Part shown: piece by piece, positions 7,457 through 18,009 of the stretch
Layout: each line of letters begins with the position of its first letter
Numbering within the stretch: the stretch's first letter is position 1
Virus record (IMG/VR): IMGVR_UViG_3300008255_002541
Location: 1-40,318 of that record
Origin: a virus
Taxonomy: Duplodnaviria > Caudoviricetes
Length of the DNA stretch: 40,318 bases
Strand: one strand, 5' to 3'
Translations under genes and position numbers: made by a program
Notes under the pieces: generated by a model
Told to the model about the DNA's origin: nothing
The model's input: only the letters and a program-made list of their open reading frames with translations
Databases searched by the model: none

Positions 7457-8774
7457 CCTGCAACGCCCCAATTTCAAGAATCCCTATCTGAACACATACA
7501 TGCAGATGGTGGAGGAGACTGAGTCACCGAGAATGTACCATGTCTGGACTGCCTTGTTCAGCGTTGGCGCAGCACTCGGGAGGCGCTGTCACATCCCCTT
7601 CGGGAGTTCGCAAATTTTCCCGAACATGTATGTCGTGCTGACTGGTAACCCCGGAACGCGAAAGAGTCACGCGATGGGGTTCGGGAAAAAGCTGCTGCGA
7701 GACAGCACGGCGGTGCGCTTTGCGCCGCAAGATACGGCAGGGCAACGGCAGGGACTCGTGTCTGCTATGGTCAACGACGAACAGCAGGACGACATTGCGC
7801 GAATCACTGCGGCCATTGACCCCAACTCTCTCGGGGGATTGTCGCTTGGCGCGATTGCGGAACTGGATAACTCAGCCGGGGGTGACGCGAATGAAAGTCA
7901 CTATGGCGACCGCCACTCGTTGGTGGCAATGGCGGATGAGTTCAGCACGTTTATCGGGCAAGGCAGTGACGGACTCCTTGACTTCCTCACGTCGATGTGG
8001 GACGGCAGCGATTATGACTACAAGACGCTGAAGTCCCAGACGGTGTTGAAGGACGGGTTGCTGGGATTCATTGGGTGCACCACGCCTACGTCACTTGCGC
8101 GAGTGCTTCCTGCCCGCAGTTCAGGCCAAGGGTTTCTATCACGAGTCATTCTGGTGTACGGGGCGAACAAGTACAAAAGCATTCCATGGCCTGTTGCCCC
8201 GCAGGATTCGCTGATCGCCGCAGTCAAGGACCATTTGCATCAGGTGCACACGGAGTTTCGTGGGGAGTTTAACCCCTCCCCCGCAGGGAAGAATCACCTG
8301 GAAGAACTGTACCACTACACGTTGGATGTGAGTGACGCGCGGTTCACGTACTATCAGGAACGGCGGTTCACGCATCTGCTGAAGCTGTCGATGATTCTTG
8401 CGGCTAGCGGCGGACGACAAGTGATCGAGCCGCACGATGCAGAGGAAGCGCATTTGATTCTCGCTGCTACGGAACGTGGGATGCCTGACGCGCTCGGAGA
8501 GTTCGGGCTGTCTCCGCTGGCGCAGGTGAAGCAGGGAATCCTTGAGTTCTGTAGGGGCTTGACAGAGCCGGTGACGTTGGGTATACTCCGGCAGGTGTTT
8601 CACCGCGATGCTACAATCGCGGACATTACGTCGTGTGTCAATGACTTGTGCAATGCAGGGACATTGATACGCGCATCCACTCGCGAGGGTGGTGACGTGT
8701 TCATCGCGAAGCGCAAGCGCAAAGTGCTGGACGATGATATCTTGGGACTCCTTGCGGAAGGAGGCGACAAGTAA
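7347..8774 (+). CDS. DUF3987/YfjI-type P-loop protein, putative replicative helicase
   Basis: NMYVVLTGNPGTRKS Walker A, DEF Walker B and GFLSR arginine-finger-like motif. Start is uncertain: ATG 7347 after GGTGG, or ATG 7500. Confidence 0.8.
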   Translation: MLRPVNSTSQENPSSTSTGSGPPGNSKKDSVRPSGRDLQRPNFKNPYLNTYMQMVEETESPRMYHVWTALFSVGAALGRRCHIPFGSSQIFPNMYVVLTGNPGTRKSHAMGFGKKLLRDSTAVRFAPQDTAGQRQGLVSAMVNDEQQDDIARITAAIDPNSLGGLSLGAIAELDNSAGGDANESHYGDRHSLVAMADEFSTFIGQGSDGLLDFLTSMWDGSDYDYKTLKSQTVLKDGLLGFIGCTTPTSLARVLPARSSGQGFLSRVILVYGANKYKSIPWPVAPQDSLIAAVKDHLHQVHTEFRGEFNPSPAGKNHLEELYHYTLDVSDARFTYYQERRFTHLLKLSMILAASGGRQVIEPHDAEEAHLILAATERGMPDALGEFGLSPLAQVKQGILEFCRGLTEPVTLGILRQVFHRDATIADITSCVNDLCNAGTLIRASTREGGDVFIAKRKRKVLDDDILGLLAEGGDK

Positions 8775-8812
8775 TCCGCACCGTGTTAATCATCAACCAA
8801 GGGAACTGAGTC

Positions 8813-9427
8813 ATGAGTAAGAACCATCTGATGCTGGATATCGAAACGTTGGGAGCCAATCCCGGCTGTGTTGTGTTGTCGGTCGGAATCGCATCGTTCA
8901 AAATCGACGGCGATGGCGAGAACTGGTCGGCGTTTCACGCGCTGAATCTCCCCGAGCAGATCAAGCGGGGGTTCACCATTGAAGCGAACACGTTGCAGTG
9001 GTGGATGAAGCAGAGCGCCGACGCGGCGAGTGTATCGTTCAGCGATACGAGCAACTCGGTCAGCATGATGAGTCTGTTGATGAGCCTCTCGCAGCAGATT
9101 CGCCAGCTTGACCCGCAGTACCTGTTCGCTCGCGGGTATGATTTCGACTTCGGGATTCTCGGGCACCTGTTCGATGAATACGGAATCGGCCGCCCGTGGA
9201 AGTACAATCAGCTGCGGTGTGTCCGCACCGTCACCAGTATGGTACAGGCGGATGCGCTGGCCGAACATCTGGCGTCGAAAGGCATCGGAGTCGTGGACAG
9301 CGATGACGGCGACGGAGATACGGAAGTGCTCACGTTCGTTGCCCACTCGCCGGTGGATGACTGCATCAAGCAGATCGTCGAAGTGCAGGGCGCCTGTCGG
9401 ATTCTGGGAATCCCTGACTTCGAATAA
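8813..9427 (+). CDS. DEDDh 3'-5' exonuclease (phage type)
   Basis: Motifs HLMLDIETLG, ARGYDFDF and HSPVDD. Confidence 0.88.
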   Translation: MSKNHLMLDIETLGANPGCVVLSVGIASFKIDGDGENWSAFHALNLPEQIKRGFTIEANTLQWWMKQSADAASVSFSDTSNSVSMMSLLMSLSQQIRQLDPQYLFARGYDFDFGILGHLFDEYGIGRPWKYNQLRCVRTVTSMVQADALAEHLASKGIGVVDSDDGDGDTEVLTFVAHSPVDDCIKQIVEVQGACRILGIPDFE

Positions 9428-9450
9428 CCTGCGAGTTGACATTCGTGAAT

Positions 9451-9493
9451 AAAGAAACGGCCCCGGCGGATCACTCCATCGGGGCCGTTCTCA
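9451..9493. terminator. Convergent (probably bidirectional) terminator between the two arms
   Basis: AACGGCCCCG...CGGGGCCGTT stem at 9456-9489, flanked by AAAGA (U-tract on -) and a weak pyrimidine run on +. Confidence 0.8.
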
Positions 9494-9553
9494 TTGTGCG
9501 ACGAATCGTGAGGACATGCAGTCACGCCCGCCGCCAATTGGGTAGTTGCTTAA

Positions 9554-12500
9554 CTACTCATCAGCGCCCCACGCGGAACGAAGCTGTTGCCCGCGCCACA
9601 CATTGTCCATCTGCTGTGACTTGAGTTGGTCGAGGAACTGCAAGTCCTGGCGCTGATTGGTCGCCTTTTTCAAATGGTCGCGCAGGTAGCTGGGGAGTGA
9701 CGAGGGACGTCCACCTGTCTCGAAGTATTTGTTGACGATTTCCGGCATGTCGGAGTAGTCGCCGGAGCGCAGGCGAGAGTCAAGAGCGCGGTTCAGTTTG
9801 TCGCGAGCGGTTCGCTGCTTTGCGTCAACCTGCCCTTGGCGATAGTACGCGCGCCCTGCCTTGGCTTCTTCCAACTCCTTGGTGCCCGCCAGCTTGTACC
9901 CAAAGGACATGCCGTCGCGCACTTGGTTACTCACGACGTTACCACGGCGATCGGTGGCGTGTCCGAGGAACAATTGCGTGACTCCCGAGAGTGGACGAGA
10001 CGGAGAGAAGGCCGCGAAGATTTCGGCTGTCTGTGACAACGAGACACCGGGAACACCGTCAGTGAACTGGTCGATGCCGAGGCCGACTGCCTGAATCATA
10101 TCGCCCATGACCTTGATCGGGGCGGGCGCTCCTTGGACAATCGGCATACGAACGTTCGCGTCACCGCGCGTTGCTAATGCGACTCCGTCTCCACCAAGTA
10201 GCATCGGAAGCACGGCAGCCCCGCCCCACATGACTGCATCAGCGGTGTTCACTCCCATGTGCTTGTAGATCGCATCGTATGGATCACTCTGAGAGTTGTT
10301 GCTGGCGAGGTGCCACAAGTCACTGAACTGCTGGTAGCCCGGCTCGCTGGCGAGTCCGAACATCATGCCTTGCAGCGCGAACTGAGTCGCGAGCGCACGC
10401 ATGTCGCCCTGTTCAATGTAGCCGTAGAGACGCTGACCGTAGTTCCACCCGAAGGTTTGGAACAGCCCGACGCTACCGCCGATTGGGCCGTTGAAGATTC
10501 CGGGGCGATTGACTGCGGAGTAATTCCCCAGCAGCTTGTTCGCGAACGTGTGGGCAACGGAGTTCACGTTCTCCACGCCGGTGACGCCCATGGATTCTGC
10601 GAGTCGTATACCGATCACATGGGAGAATGTGCGCGCGTACTTTTCCGAATAATCCGAAGGCTTCGACAGCCACTTGTCCAGCTTGCGTCCCATCTCAGCA
10701 ATCTTGCCGGGGTCAGAGCGTACGTCACGCGAGAGGCGATTCATCTCCGCGACTTCCTGATCCAGCAGCTTGTGTGCGTGCGCGTGCTCCCAGTATTTCC
10801 CAAGGTACTTCTCAGGATTGAGTGCATCACGGGCTGCGAGTCCCATCATCTTGGTAGCGTTGGGAACCGCGATCGGGCCACGCGCCGTCGGAATGATGTT
10901 GGAACCCCAGCCGATACGTCGCATCCAGCTTTCGACTGGTTCACCCGGCTGCTGCTGGAAGTTGCGGATCACGACTGGCGCGATCACGGGCAGCGAAAGG
11001 GTGTTCACGATTCCGTGGGACAGCTCTCCCCAACGGAGTACACTGGACGCGATGACGAAGTTGAAATCGGTGGAGAGTTTCTGCACGCTGGTGGGAGTCT
11101 TGTAGTTGAACTTCTGGCGCAGCATCTCGTCGGCGCTCTCGAACGGCAACTGGCCGCCGAGAGATTCCTTGAGAGACTCGTAGGATTTAGTGTCAACGGC
11201 ACGGAAAACATTGCGAGCGCCTTTCGCGATTTTGCTGCGCATTGAGTCCTGCAGATTCAGCAACGCATTGTCGTATCGCGATTGCAGCAGCGTGTTCGCG
11301 AAGTCCGTTGTGGTACGCATCACGCTGCCGAGTCGCGACTGTGAGGACGCAGTTTGCTGCTGACCTCGGGCGAGTTGCAGGTAGAAGTCATAGACGTTCT
11401 TGCCGCCCGCTTTGTCCTCGGTGGTTTTTGCGTTGACGCGAGAAGGTGATTCGGAGCGAAGGGCCGAGCGGACTTCAGCGGCGCGCATCGCCGGATCATA
11501 GTTGAGTTTCACAATGTCGCGAGACATGCGCTCGTACTGGCGCTTGATGGAATCAATGTTATCTTCCCACCGATGGAACTCGACGAAGGGATTGAGAACG
11601 CTGCGAGTGTCTTCGAGGTCAACCAGCTTCTGAATCACAGGGATGGTTGGATCATGAAGCGCGCCCATGGGGTAGTCCCACACGTCCCGCCACCGCGCAA
11701 TGTCCTGATCGGTGGCGAATGTGTAGCCCGGCTGGTTCAGCAGGGAGTCGGGGTCGTTCTCAAGTTCCTTAATCATCCGGAGTTTCTCGCCGGAAGTGTT
11801 TCCCGCGATCACCATCACCGGCTTCTTCGAAGGATTCAGAATGAACACAGTGTGGCGTCCCTCAAGGCGCGTGGGCGACACGTGCCAAGGCTGCTCGTTG
11901 ATGGGCGTGAGTCCCTGGCTTCGCAGCAGCTGGTTGCCGTTTTCCAACAGGTCGCGCTGGATCTCCTGATTCGCGTTGAGATACCGCATACCCAAATCGT
12001 CGACCTCGATCGGCACGCCTGATTTGAACTTCAGGAAGTCCCCACTTGCGGGCATGGTGCGCCCGTAAAGTGTCTTGTACAGCGCGCGATTCTTGGCTGT
12101 GTTTTCAAGCGTGAATCGATAGCGCAGGTTGCCGTCTTTGGAGGTCAGCGAAACAGGCTTCACCGCAAGGTCCCAGCCCTGCCGCAGACTCATGAAGTTG
12201 TTCAGCATCTGCGAGGACGCCGCGTTCTCTTTCGCACGCAACGCGAGACTCGCAGTCTTCATGGAATACTGCTGCGCGTTGGCGGTTCCCTTGCCCCAAG
12301 TGAGTGGGCGTTCGAGAACGTCAGCGACGTGCGCGTCCATTCCGCGGGATGCGAGATTGAACTGACGCAGCATGGCGAGCAGCGTGGGATTGTCGCGCGC
12401 CGCAAACTCCTGTGTGAGCGTGAGTCCAAAGCCCTGCCGGTTCCACATGAATGGCAGCGAGCTGGTCAATCCCGCGTCGGAGAGATTCTCAACGCGCATA

Positions 12501-14761
12501 CCAGTTTCGTAGTCGGCGGAGTTGTGCAACCCGCCAGAGATTTTGGCGACGGCGGAATCACCCTGCATCAACGTCGTTGTGCGCCAGACGTGGGCGCTCG
12601 CGATACGCTCTTGCAACCGCAGCCGAGTCCATTCGGTGGGGTCAGCAGCGCGATCGGCAACGACAAAGTCAACGAGGGGAGTCTCTTTGAATTCGCCTAC
12701 GCCGCGCCCCAAGCCGAAGGAATTGCCATTCAGCTTGAACAAGTCACTCGTGTACTCGCCGAGCGTGTCGGTGATCTGGCGTTGCTCGCGCAGAAAGTTT
12801 TGAATGTCGTTGAAGGGCATCTTGCGAATCGTGTCAGGGTCAGTGGACAGCAAGAAGTCCTCGATGATCGTGCGGTTGTTCTCGCGAACCGCCGGTTCAA
12901 ATGACGTAGGAGTCGGGAGATTCAGCGTATCGTACAGCGCAACGCGTTCAGCGCCGAGTGCCCCGCCTGACTCCTTGATCGCGCGCTGAAATATCCCGGC
13001 CTTCTGCGCGAGGGACTCAACCAGCATCGACTCAGCCGTGTGACCGGCAGGCCAAGCGATCCGGGCACCGCCCTCGGAACGCTTGTTGAGTTCCAAGTGC
13101 ATGTCGATATCGAACCACGTGGGATTGTCGGAGACAGTGAACACGGTTGACTTCTGGCGAACTGCGCCGTCGATTGCCTTGTCAGCGGCAGTGAACAACG
13201 CGGTTTGCTGGTTGTAGGACATTGATTCCAGAGGAACTGCAACGTCTCCCTTGACGGGCAACTGCACCTTCAACTCATTGGTGACGCCAAACACCTGATT
13301 GGTGTATCCCTCGGGACGATACACAGCTTCGCCGCCGCCCGAAGTCTCCAGAGTCACCTTGCCACGAAACACGTTGGCGACGGAAGCGTATTCGTCCGCC
13401 GTCAGGCTGTGGCCCTGCCGGATGAATCGGAACGTGCGGTCCTTGGCCATGGGAATCATCAGCTTCAGCTGGTCTATCTCGGCGAGTTGACGCTCCGACG
13501 GAGACTTGGTGCCTTCGAGTTGTTTCAGCTTGGTCTCAAGGGACGCAGTGTGCGCTTCGTGCGAAGCAATGATTGCGTGCGCGTCTGAACCGGCAGGGAC
13601 CTGACCGATTTCGCCAGCGCGGTACGCCCAGAGAGGATCGTCCTGCTGGAGAATCATGAGATGCTGGCGCACTCCGGGGTCGCCAACTTCAAACCGCGTG
13701 TCGGGGGAGCCGCCGATTCCCTTCGTGGATACCTTGGAGATTTCGAGATTCGATTCTTCCAAGAAGGCAGTAGCGGAGCGGTTGCGCTGTGCGATCTGTG
13801 ACGCAGTGGCGCCTGTGGGGATTTGACCCGACGCGGAGGACGCTTGCAGCAGCAGCTGAGTCGCCTTGTCGGTGTTGCCGTCACCGTAGATGTTGTGCGC
13901 TTCGCCGCGCAGCGTGCCGTTCGGGTCGAACACCTTGTCCCCGAAGGATTCAACCCACGTACCGCCGCCCGAGTTGGCTTCTTGCAGCTTTCCGAGAGTC
14001 GCGCCGAACCTGCGGATTTGGGAACCTGCCTGCACAACTTCCCAAGTCACGGCTGCCGCGCCGCCAAAAGCGACAAGGCCGAGGTTGAGTCCAAAATCGT
14101 CCTCAGCGTACAGCATGGGATTCTGATTGCCCGCTACCGCAATGACGCCTTCTGCGATTGCCGTGTTAATGAGGCCCGCGCGAGTGGCTTCACGACGCGC
14201 AGTGCGCTTGGCCAACACCAGTGCTGAATCCTTCAGGCCGGTTTCGCCAGTCAGCAAGCCCTTGCCTGCCAGTTCCAGCTGGGTGCGATTGACTTTCGCC
14301 ACGCTTTGTGCGACTCGCAGATCAGCCTCGGCAATGTAGCGGCCAAAATTGCCAGCCTTGGCAACGGCACGGTTGAGTGACGTACCAACTTTGGTGACTT
14401 TGGTCGCGACTCCTGCACCAGTGAACACAGTGGCCACGCCGCCGACCAAGCTGAACGCGTTGCGATTCTCCACCATGAACTTGCCGGTCTCCGGCCCCAA
14501 GTGCGAGTACACGAAGTTGCTGAAGTCATCGTTTTCTAGATACGCACCGAAGTTGAGTGACGCAGCGGTATCATCCACGGTCTCGACGACAAGGCCGAGA
14601 GTCGCAGCAGGCGCGCTGGTGATCGTTTCCCACGAACTTGGCAGCGCTTTTGACGCGGCGGATTCCTGAGGGGCAACCGGCTCCGTCTGGCCGCGACCTG
14701 TGAGGACACCAACGGTTCCGCCAGCGTCACCGGCAGGATCATAGTCAGGAGTTATTGGCAT
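9554..14761 (-). CDS. Large internal virion / DNA ejection protein (T7 gp16-like position), 1735 aa
   Basis: Last and largest gene of the structural operon, with hydrophobic Gly/Ala helices near both ends. RBS AGGAG. No catalytic motif recognised. Confidence 0.7.
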   Translation of the reverse strand: MPITPDYDPAGDAGGTVGVLTGRGQTEPVAPQESAASKALPSSWETITSAPAATLGLVVETVDDTAASLNFGAYLENDDFSNFVYSHLGPETGKFMVENRNAFSLVGGVATVFTGAGVATKVTKVGTSLNRAVAKAGNFGRYIAEADLRVAQSVAKVNRTQLELAGKGLLTGETGLKDSALVLAKRTARREATRAGLINTAIAEGVIAVAGNQNPMLYAEDDFGLNLGLVAFGGAAAVTWEVVQAGSQIRRFGATLGKLQEANSGGGTWVESFGDKVFDPNGTLRGEAHNIYGDGNTDKATQLLLQASSASGQIPTGATASQIAQRNRSATAFLEESNLEISKVSTKGIGGSPDTRFEVGDPGVRQHLMILQQDDPLWAYRAGEIGQVPAGSDAHAIIASHEAHTASLETKLKQLEGTKSPSERQLAEIDQLKLMIPMAKDRTFRFIRQGHSLTADEYASVANVFRGKVTLETSGGGEAVYRPEGYTNQVFGVTNELKVQLPVKGDVAVPLESMSYNQQTALFTAADKAIDGAVRQKSTVFTVSDNPTWFDIDMHLELNKRSEGGARIAWPAGHTAESMLVESLAQKAGIFQRAIKESGGALGAERVALYDTLNLPTPTSFEPAVRENNRTIIEDFLLSTDPDTIRKMPFNDIQNFLREQRQITDTLGEYTSDLFKLNGNSFGLGRGVGEFKETPLVDFVVADRAADPTEWTRLRLQERIASAHVWRTTTLMQGDSAVAKISGGLHNSADYETGMRVENLSDAGLTSSLPFMWNRQGFGLTLTQEFAARDNPTLLAMLRQFNLASRGMDAHVADVLERPLTWGKGTANAQQYSMKTASLALRAKENAASSQMLNNFMSLRQGWDLAVKPVSLTSKDGNLRYRFTLENTAKNRALYKTLYGRTMPASGDFLKFKSGVPIEVDDLGMRYLNANQEIQRDLLENGNQLLRSQGLTPINEQPWHVSPTRLEGRHTVFILNPSKKPVMVIAGNTSGEKLRMIKELENDPDSLLNQPGYTFATDQDIARWRDVWDYPMGALHDPTIPVIQKLVDLEDTRSVLNPFVEFHRWEDNIDSIKRQYERMSRDIVKLNYDPAMRAAEVRSALRSESPSRVNAKTTEDKAGGKNVYDFYLQLARGQQQTASSQSRLGSVMRTTTDFANTLLQSRYDNALLNLQDSMRSKIAKGARNVFRAVDTKSYESLKESLGGQLPFESADEMLRQKFNYKTPTSVQKLSTDFNFVIASSVLRWGELSHGIVNTLSLPVIAPVVIRNFQQQPGEPVESWMRRIGWGSNIIPTARGPIAVPNATKMMGLAARDALNPEKYLGKYWEHAHAHKLLDQEVAEMNRLSRDVRSDPGKIAEMGRKLDKWLSKPSDYSEKYARTFSHVIGIRLAESMGVTGVENVNSVAHTFANKLLGNYSAVNRPGIFNGPIGGSVGLFQTFGWNYGQRLYGYIEQGDMRALATQFALQGMMFGLASEPGYQQFSDLWHLASNNSQSDPYDAIYKHMGVNTADAVMWGGAAVLPMLLGGDGVALATRGDANVRMPIVQGAPAPIKVMGDMIQAVGLGIDQFTDGVPGVSLSQTAEIFAAFSPSRPLSGVTQLFLGHATDRRGNVVSNQVRDGMSFGYKLAGTKELEEAKAGRAYYRQGQVDAKQRTARDKLNRALDSRLRSGDYSDMPEIVNKYFETGGRPSSLPSYLRDHLKKATNQRQDLQFLDQLKSQQMDNVWRGQQLRSAWGADE

Positions 14762-14775
14762 ATCTTATCTCCTAG

Positions 14776-17478
14776 TTACTTTACGGAAGTGCCCGCTGCA
14801 GGATTCTGCAGCATGCGAAGGATGTTCTCGAAGTTGGCGCCTTGTGTGGGCAGACTCGAACGCGGGTTCCCTTCTTGCGGACGCGCAGGCGGGAGAGCGC
14901 CCTGAGGAACCGGCGCGTAGGCACCGACTGATGGGCTGAGTCCGCCAAGACCACCCCACAACGAAATGTACGGCTGCTGTAACTCGCCCATGACTTTGTC
15001 AAGGCGTGCCTCGACTTCCTGCTGGTCCTTGCGTACGTTACTCAGAAGTTTCTCGTACGCCTTAGGGTCATTCAGGAGTCCTTCAACGAGACGTTTGCCG
15101 TCGGCGTTGAGCGAGTCGACGATGTTCTTCGGCAATAGCAGGTTGCCTTTCTCGTCCCGCGTCGCCATGAGCGCAGCCCGATCGGTAGGACTCAGTCCAC
15201 GAATTTCCGCAACGAAACTGGCAACTGCGGCAGTGCGCTTTTCGGGGGCCGCATAATCGCGCTTGATGCGCTGCAAGTCATTGATGCGCTGCTGTTTCTC
15301 GCGCGCTTCGAAGCCGTCAAACACCTGAAAGTTGGTCTTGTCGGCGTGGTTGATGATTCCACGTAGCGGGAGCCGGTTCTGCAGCGTGAATGCAACAGGG
15401 TCTTCCTTGCCAAGACTCGTAGCGGCATTGCTCAGCAACTGCTGGGAATACCCCGGCTGCCCCACGAATCCCATGAACACATCCCGAATGGGAACGCCCT
15501 TGTCATTGGTCCCCTGAAACTGCATACGCTCCATGAACGCGCTCGCCCAAAGGTTGCTTTGGTCATTCTGAGTCAAGTTGGGGTTGGCCTCTACGGCTTT
15601 CGCGACAACGCCCTTTGCCACCGCGTCGATAGCGGCGAATGACTCAGAGTCCTTGCCCTGCATTTCAGGGCGCTGGAACAAGTCGCGGAATGCACGGTCG
15701 GCGATTACGTTTGAGTAGGTTTTTCCTGTTTCCCGAAGGAAGGAGTTCATGTACTTGCGTTGAATCGCGATGCGGTCTTTCTCGGGCTTGTTCAGGAGAG
15801 CTGCAAATGCCGCAGCCCCGTCATCCTCGACTGCGACTCCTACCGCGTTCTGCAACTCTGTAAGAGCCACTGACCGCGCAGGCAAAAGAGAGGCGGCCAG
15901 CTGCGGATTCGCCGCGCCGACATTGCCAATTCCGTTCACTGTGTGGTCGTACAGGAACTGATCGGAGTAAGCGGCGTCAGGAACCGCAGTTTGAAACAGC
16001 TGTGCCTTCATGACAGCCGCTTCCTCTTTCGAGAATGTTTTGTCAATGACGGTCTCTGACTGACTCTGCCACTCATCCCGCGCCTTGCGAAGCACTTCTC
16101 CGTCGATGGAACCGGGACTCGCTTTGGCACGTTCCGCGAGGGCGCTGTAGGTGTTCCACGATGCCTGCATTTCCAGCGGCAACTCACGCCCAATGAACAA
16201 CGGCTTGGCGCGTTCAGCGAATCCTGCACCGTTGGATTCGTAGATGGAAATTTCAGATTCAATCACCGCGCCGTCCGTGCCCATTTCGGCAATGGCTCGT
16301 GAACCTTCCTGACGCGCTACTGCGTAGTTCTTGATCGCGTTAACAGTGAGTCCCATCGGGGCCTTGATGGGAACATGTTGAATCGTTCCGTCCGCGGCTG
16401 TTACTTCCGCGAACTTGAATTCTCCCGTAGCGGGATCAATCATGTGCCCACCGTTATCGAAGACTTTTTGCAGCTGTTCTTCATTGAGATTCGCGAGGTA
16501 GTGGTTGTACTGTGCGTCAGAGACTTCCAGCTTCCCTTTGGTTACATCTTGCGCGATCTTCTCAACTGCGAGTGACGCGTTGGTTCCCTTGTTGCCGTAT
16601 TCAAGGGCTTCGCCGATGCCGACAGAGATTCCGCCAATTTGCACAGAAGTCTCGCCGCGTGCACGCATTGTCTCAACGAGATTCAAAAGCGCGCCGGGGT
16701 CCTGTCGCCCGAGAACCAGATCGGTCTGCGCTTTCTGCATCGCCAGATTGGCGGCGCGGATTTCCTGCTGCTGACGCACCACCTTGCCGGGGAACAGAGT
16801 TTGTTCATTCTGGAAATTCACCCAGTCGATTCCCAGGCGTATGTCGGCGCGGGCCGAGTCAACATTCTGCCGAGCCTGTTCAACTTGGCTGTTTGCGATT
16901 TCTGAAAACGCGGCGAGTTTGTCCTTCTGGATTCCGAACAACGCGTTGGCGGTTTTGTATTGGGCCTCAGCCGCTGTTGCGCGATTCGCGCGCGCCTGCT
17001 CGCTGAACTGGAAGTCCTCCGCCGCCCATTTTACATCGCCGCGCAGGGACTCGGGAACGTACTTGCGATCGCCGCCGGACAGGAAGAAGTTCAGCATGTT
17101 GCTGAGTCCTCCGCGAGACTCGGCAGCCCGCAGCTGGTCCACCTTTCCGCGAATGGCACCGATCTCGGCGTTTGCTTCTTCCGTATTCTGCCGAATGATT
17201 TCCGACGTGCGGAATAGAGTCGGCATGACGGTTTCGTTGTAGCTGTTCCACAGGTCAGCGGTCGCCGCCTGCACTGCAAGCCGCGTGTTCTGCGCTTCCT
17301 CGACTTCTTGTTTGGCTGCCTGAATCCCCACGAAGGGGTTAGCCGGAGCCGGAGCCTGCGCAGGAGCCTTTACTTCAGGCTTTGCAGGCGGCGCGGAACC
17401 CTCCGGAACTTCACCCGGCTGCGGAATCCCCTGCTGCTTGTTCAGCAGCGAGGCACCTGTCTCAAACATATTTGCCAT
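14776..17478 (-). CDS. Internal virion / ejection protein (900 aa)
   Basis: Predicted helical and coiled-coil, Ala/Gln-rich; position in the ejection cluster; RBS AGGAG. Confidence 0.65.
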   Translation of the reverse strand: MANMFETGASLLNKQQGIPQPGEVPEGSAPPAKPEVKAPAQAPAPANPFVGIQAAKQEVEEAQNTRLAVQAATADLWNSYNETVMPTLFRTSEIIRQNTEEANAEIGAIRGKVDQLRAAESRGGLSNMLNFFLSGGDRKYVPESLRGDVKWAAEDFQFSEQARANRATAAEAQYKTANALFGIQKDKLAAFSEIANSQVEQARQNVDSARADIRLGIDWVNFQNEQTLFPGKVVRQQQEIRAANLAMQKAQTDLVLGRQDPGALLNLVETMRARGETSVQIGGISVGIGEALEYGNKGTNASLAVEKIAQDVTKGKLEVSDAQYNHYLANLNEEQLQKVFDNGGHMIDPATGEFKFAEVTAADGTIQHVPIKAPMGLTVNAIKNYAVARQEGSRAIAEMGTDGAVIESEISIYESNGAGFAERAKPLFIGRELPLEMQASWNTYSALAERAKASPGSIDGEVLRKARDEWQSQSETVIDKTFSKEEAAVMKAQLFQTAVPDAAYSDQFLYDHTVNGIGNVGAANPQLAASLLPARSVALTELQNAVGVAVEDDGAAAFAALLNKPEKDRIAIQRKYMNSFLRETGKTYSNVIADRAFRDLFQRPEMQGKDSESFAAIDAVAKGVVAKAVEANPNLTQNDQSNLWASAFMERMQFQGTNDKGVPIRDVFMGFVGQPGYSQQLLSNAATSLGKEDPVAFTLQNRLPLRGIINHADKTNFQVFDGFEAREKQQRINDLQRIKRDYAAPEKRTAAVASFVAEIRGLSPTDRAALMATRDEKGNLLLPKNIVDSLNADGKRLVEGLLNDPKAYEKLLSNVRKDQQEVEARLDKVMGELQQPYISLWGGLGGLSPSVGAYAPVPQGALPPARPQEGNPRSSLPTQGANFENILRMLQNPAAGTSVK

Positions 17479-17496
17479 TTGACCGATTCTCCTAAA

Positions 17497-18000
17497 TCAA
17501 GCGCCGGTGAGCCGCAGGATCCTTTTCAGGTCCATGAACGGTGGGGTGTCCTTGTCGAAATCGGCCAGCTTTGCCGCAGACTTGGCGAGTCCGTTATATT
17601 TGCGGTTGATGCCCTGCGCAGTGCCGCTAGCTTCCTTCGCGCCTTCGCGATTCACAGGCATCGAATTCATGAAGTCAGGCGTAGCTACTTTAACTCCGTC
17701 ACTCATGCTCTGGCCGATCTGGGCGAGCACGTTTGTGTTGCTCGCGTTTCCTTGAGGGGCCAACGCAGTCAAAGAGTCAGTGGAGATCTTGGAGAAATCC
17801 AATCCTTTGAGCGCGTCGGCGATTCCCACTCCGGAGGACGCCCCACCGACGGAAGCGGCGGCTGTGGTTCCTGCCGTTGCGGCAGTTCCTGCACCAGCAG
17901 CAGCGGCACCAGCGGAAGCACCGGCGGCGGAACCGGCGGCAGAAGCACCGCCAGCGCTGCCAAATAGCTGACCCAACAGGGCCAAGAATTGCGCGGCCAT
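17497..18000 (-). CDS. Small Ala/Gly-rich internal virion protein (167 aa)
   Basis: Hydrophobic N-terminus followed by an Ala/Gly low-complexity tract, as in small ejection proteins; RBS GGAG. Confidence 0.6.
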   Translation of the reverse strand: MAAQFLALLGQLFGSAGGASAAGSAAGASAGAAAAGAGTAATAGTTAAASVGGASSGVGIADALKGLDFSKISTDSLTALAPQGNASNTNVLAQIGQSMSDGVKVATPDFMNSMPVNREGAKEASGTAQGINRKYNGLAKSAAKLADFDKDTPPFMDLKRILRLTGA

Positions 18001-18009
18001 TTGACTCTC

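Noticed and set aside
9436-9465. TTGACA as a + strand promoter
   Set aside because: There is no -10 element at 16-18 bp; that position falls in the terminator stem.
9554-14761. 1735-aa protein as a virion RNA polymerase or tape measure protein
   Set aside because: No DFDGD or T7-type RNAP motifs, about half the size of N4 vRNAP, and no tail tube or chaperone genes for a long tail.
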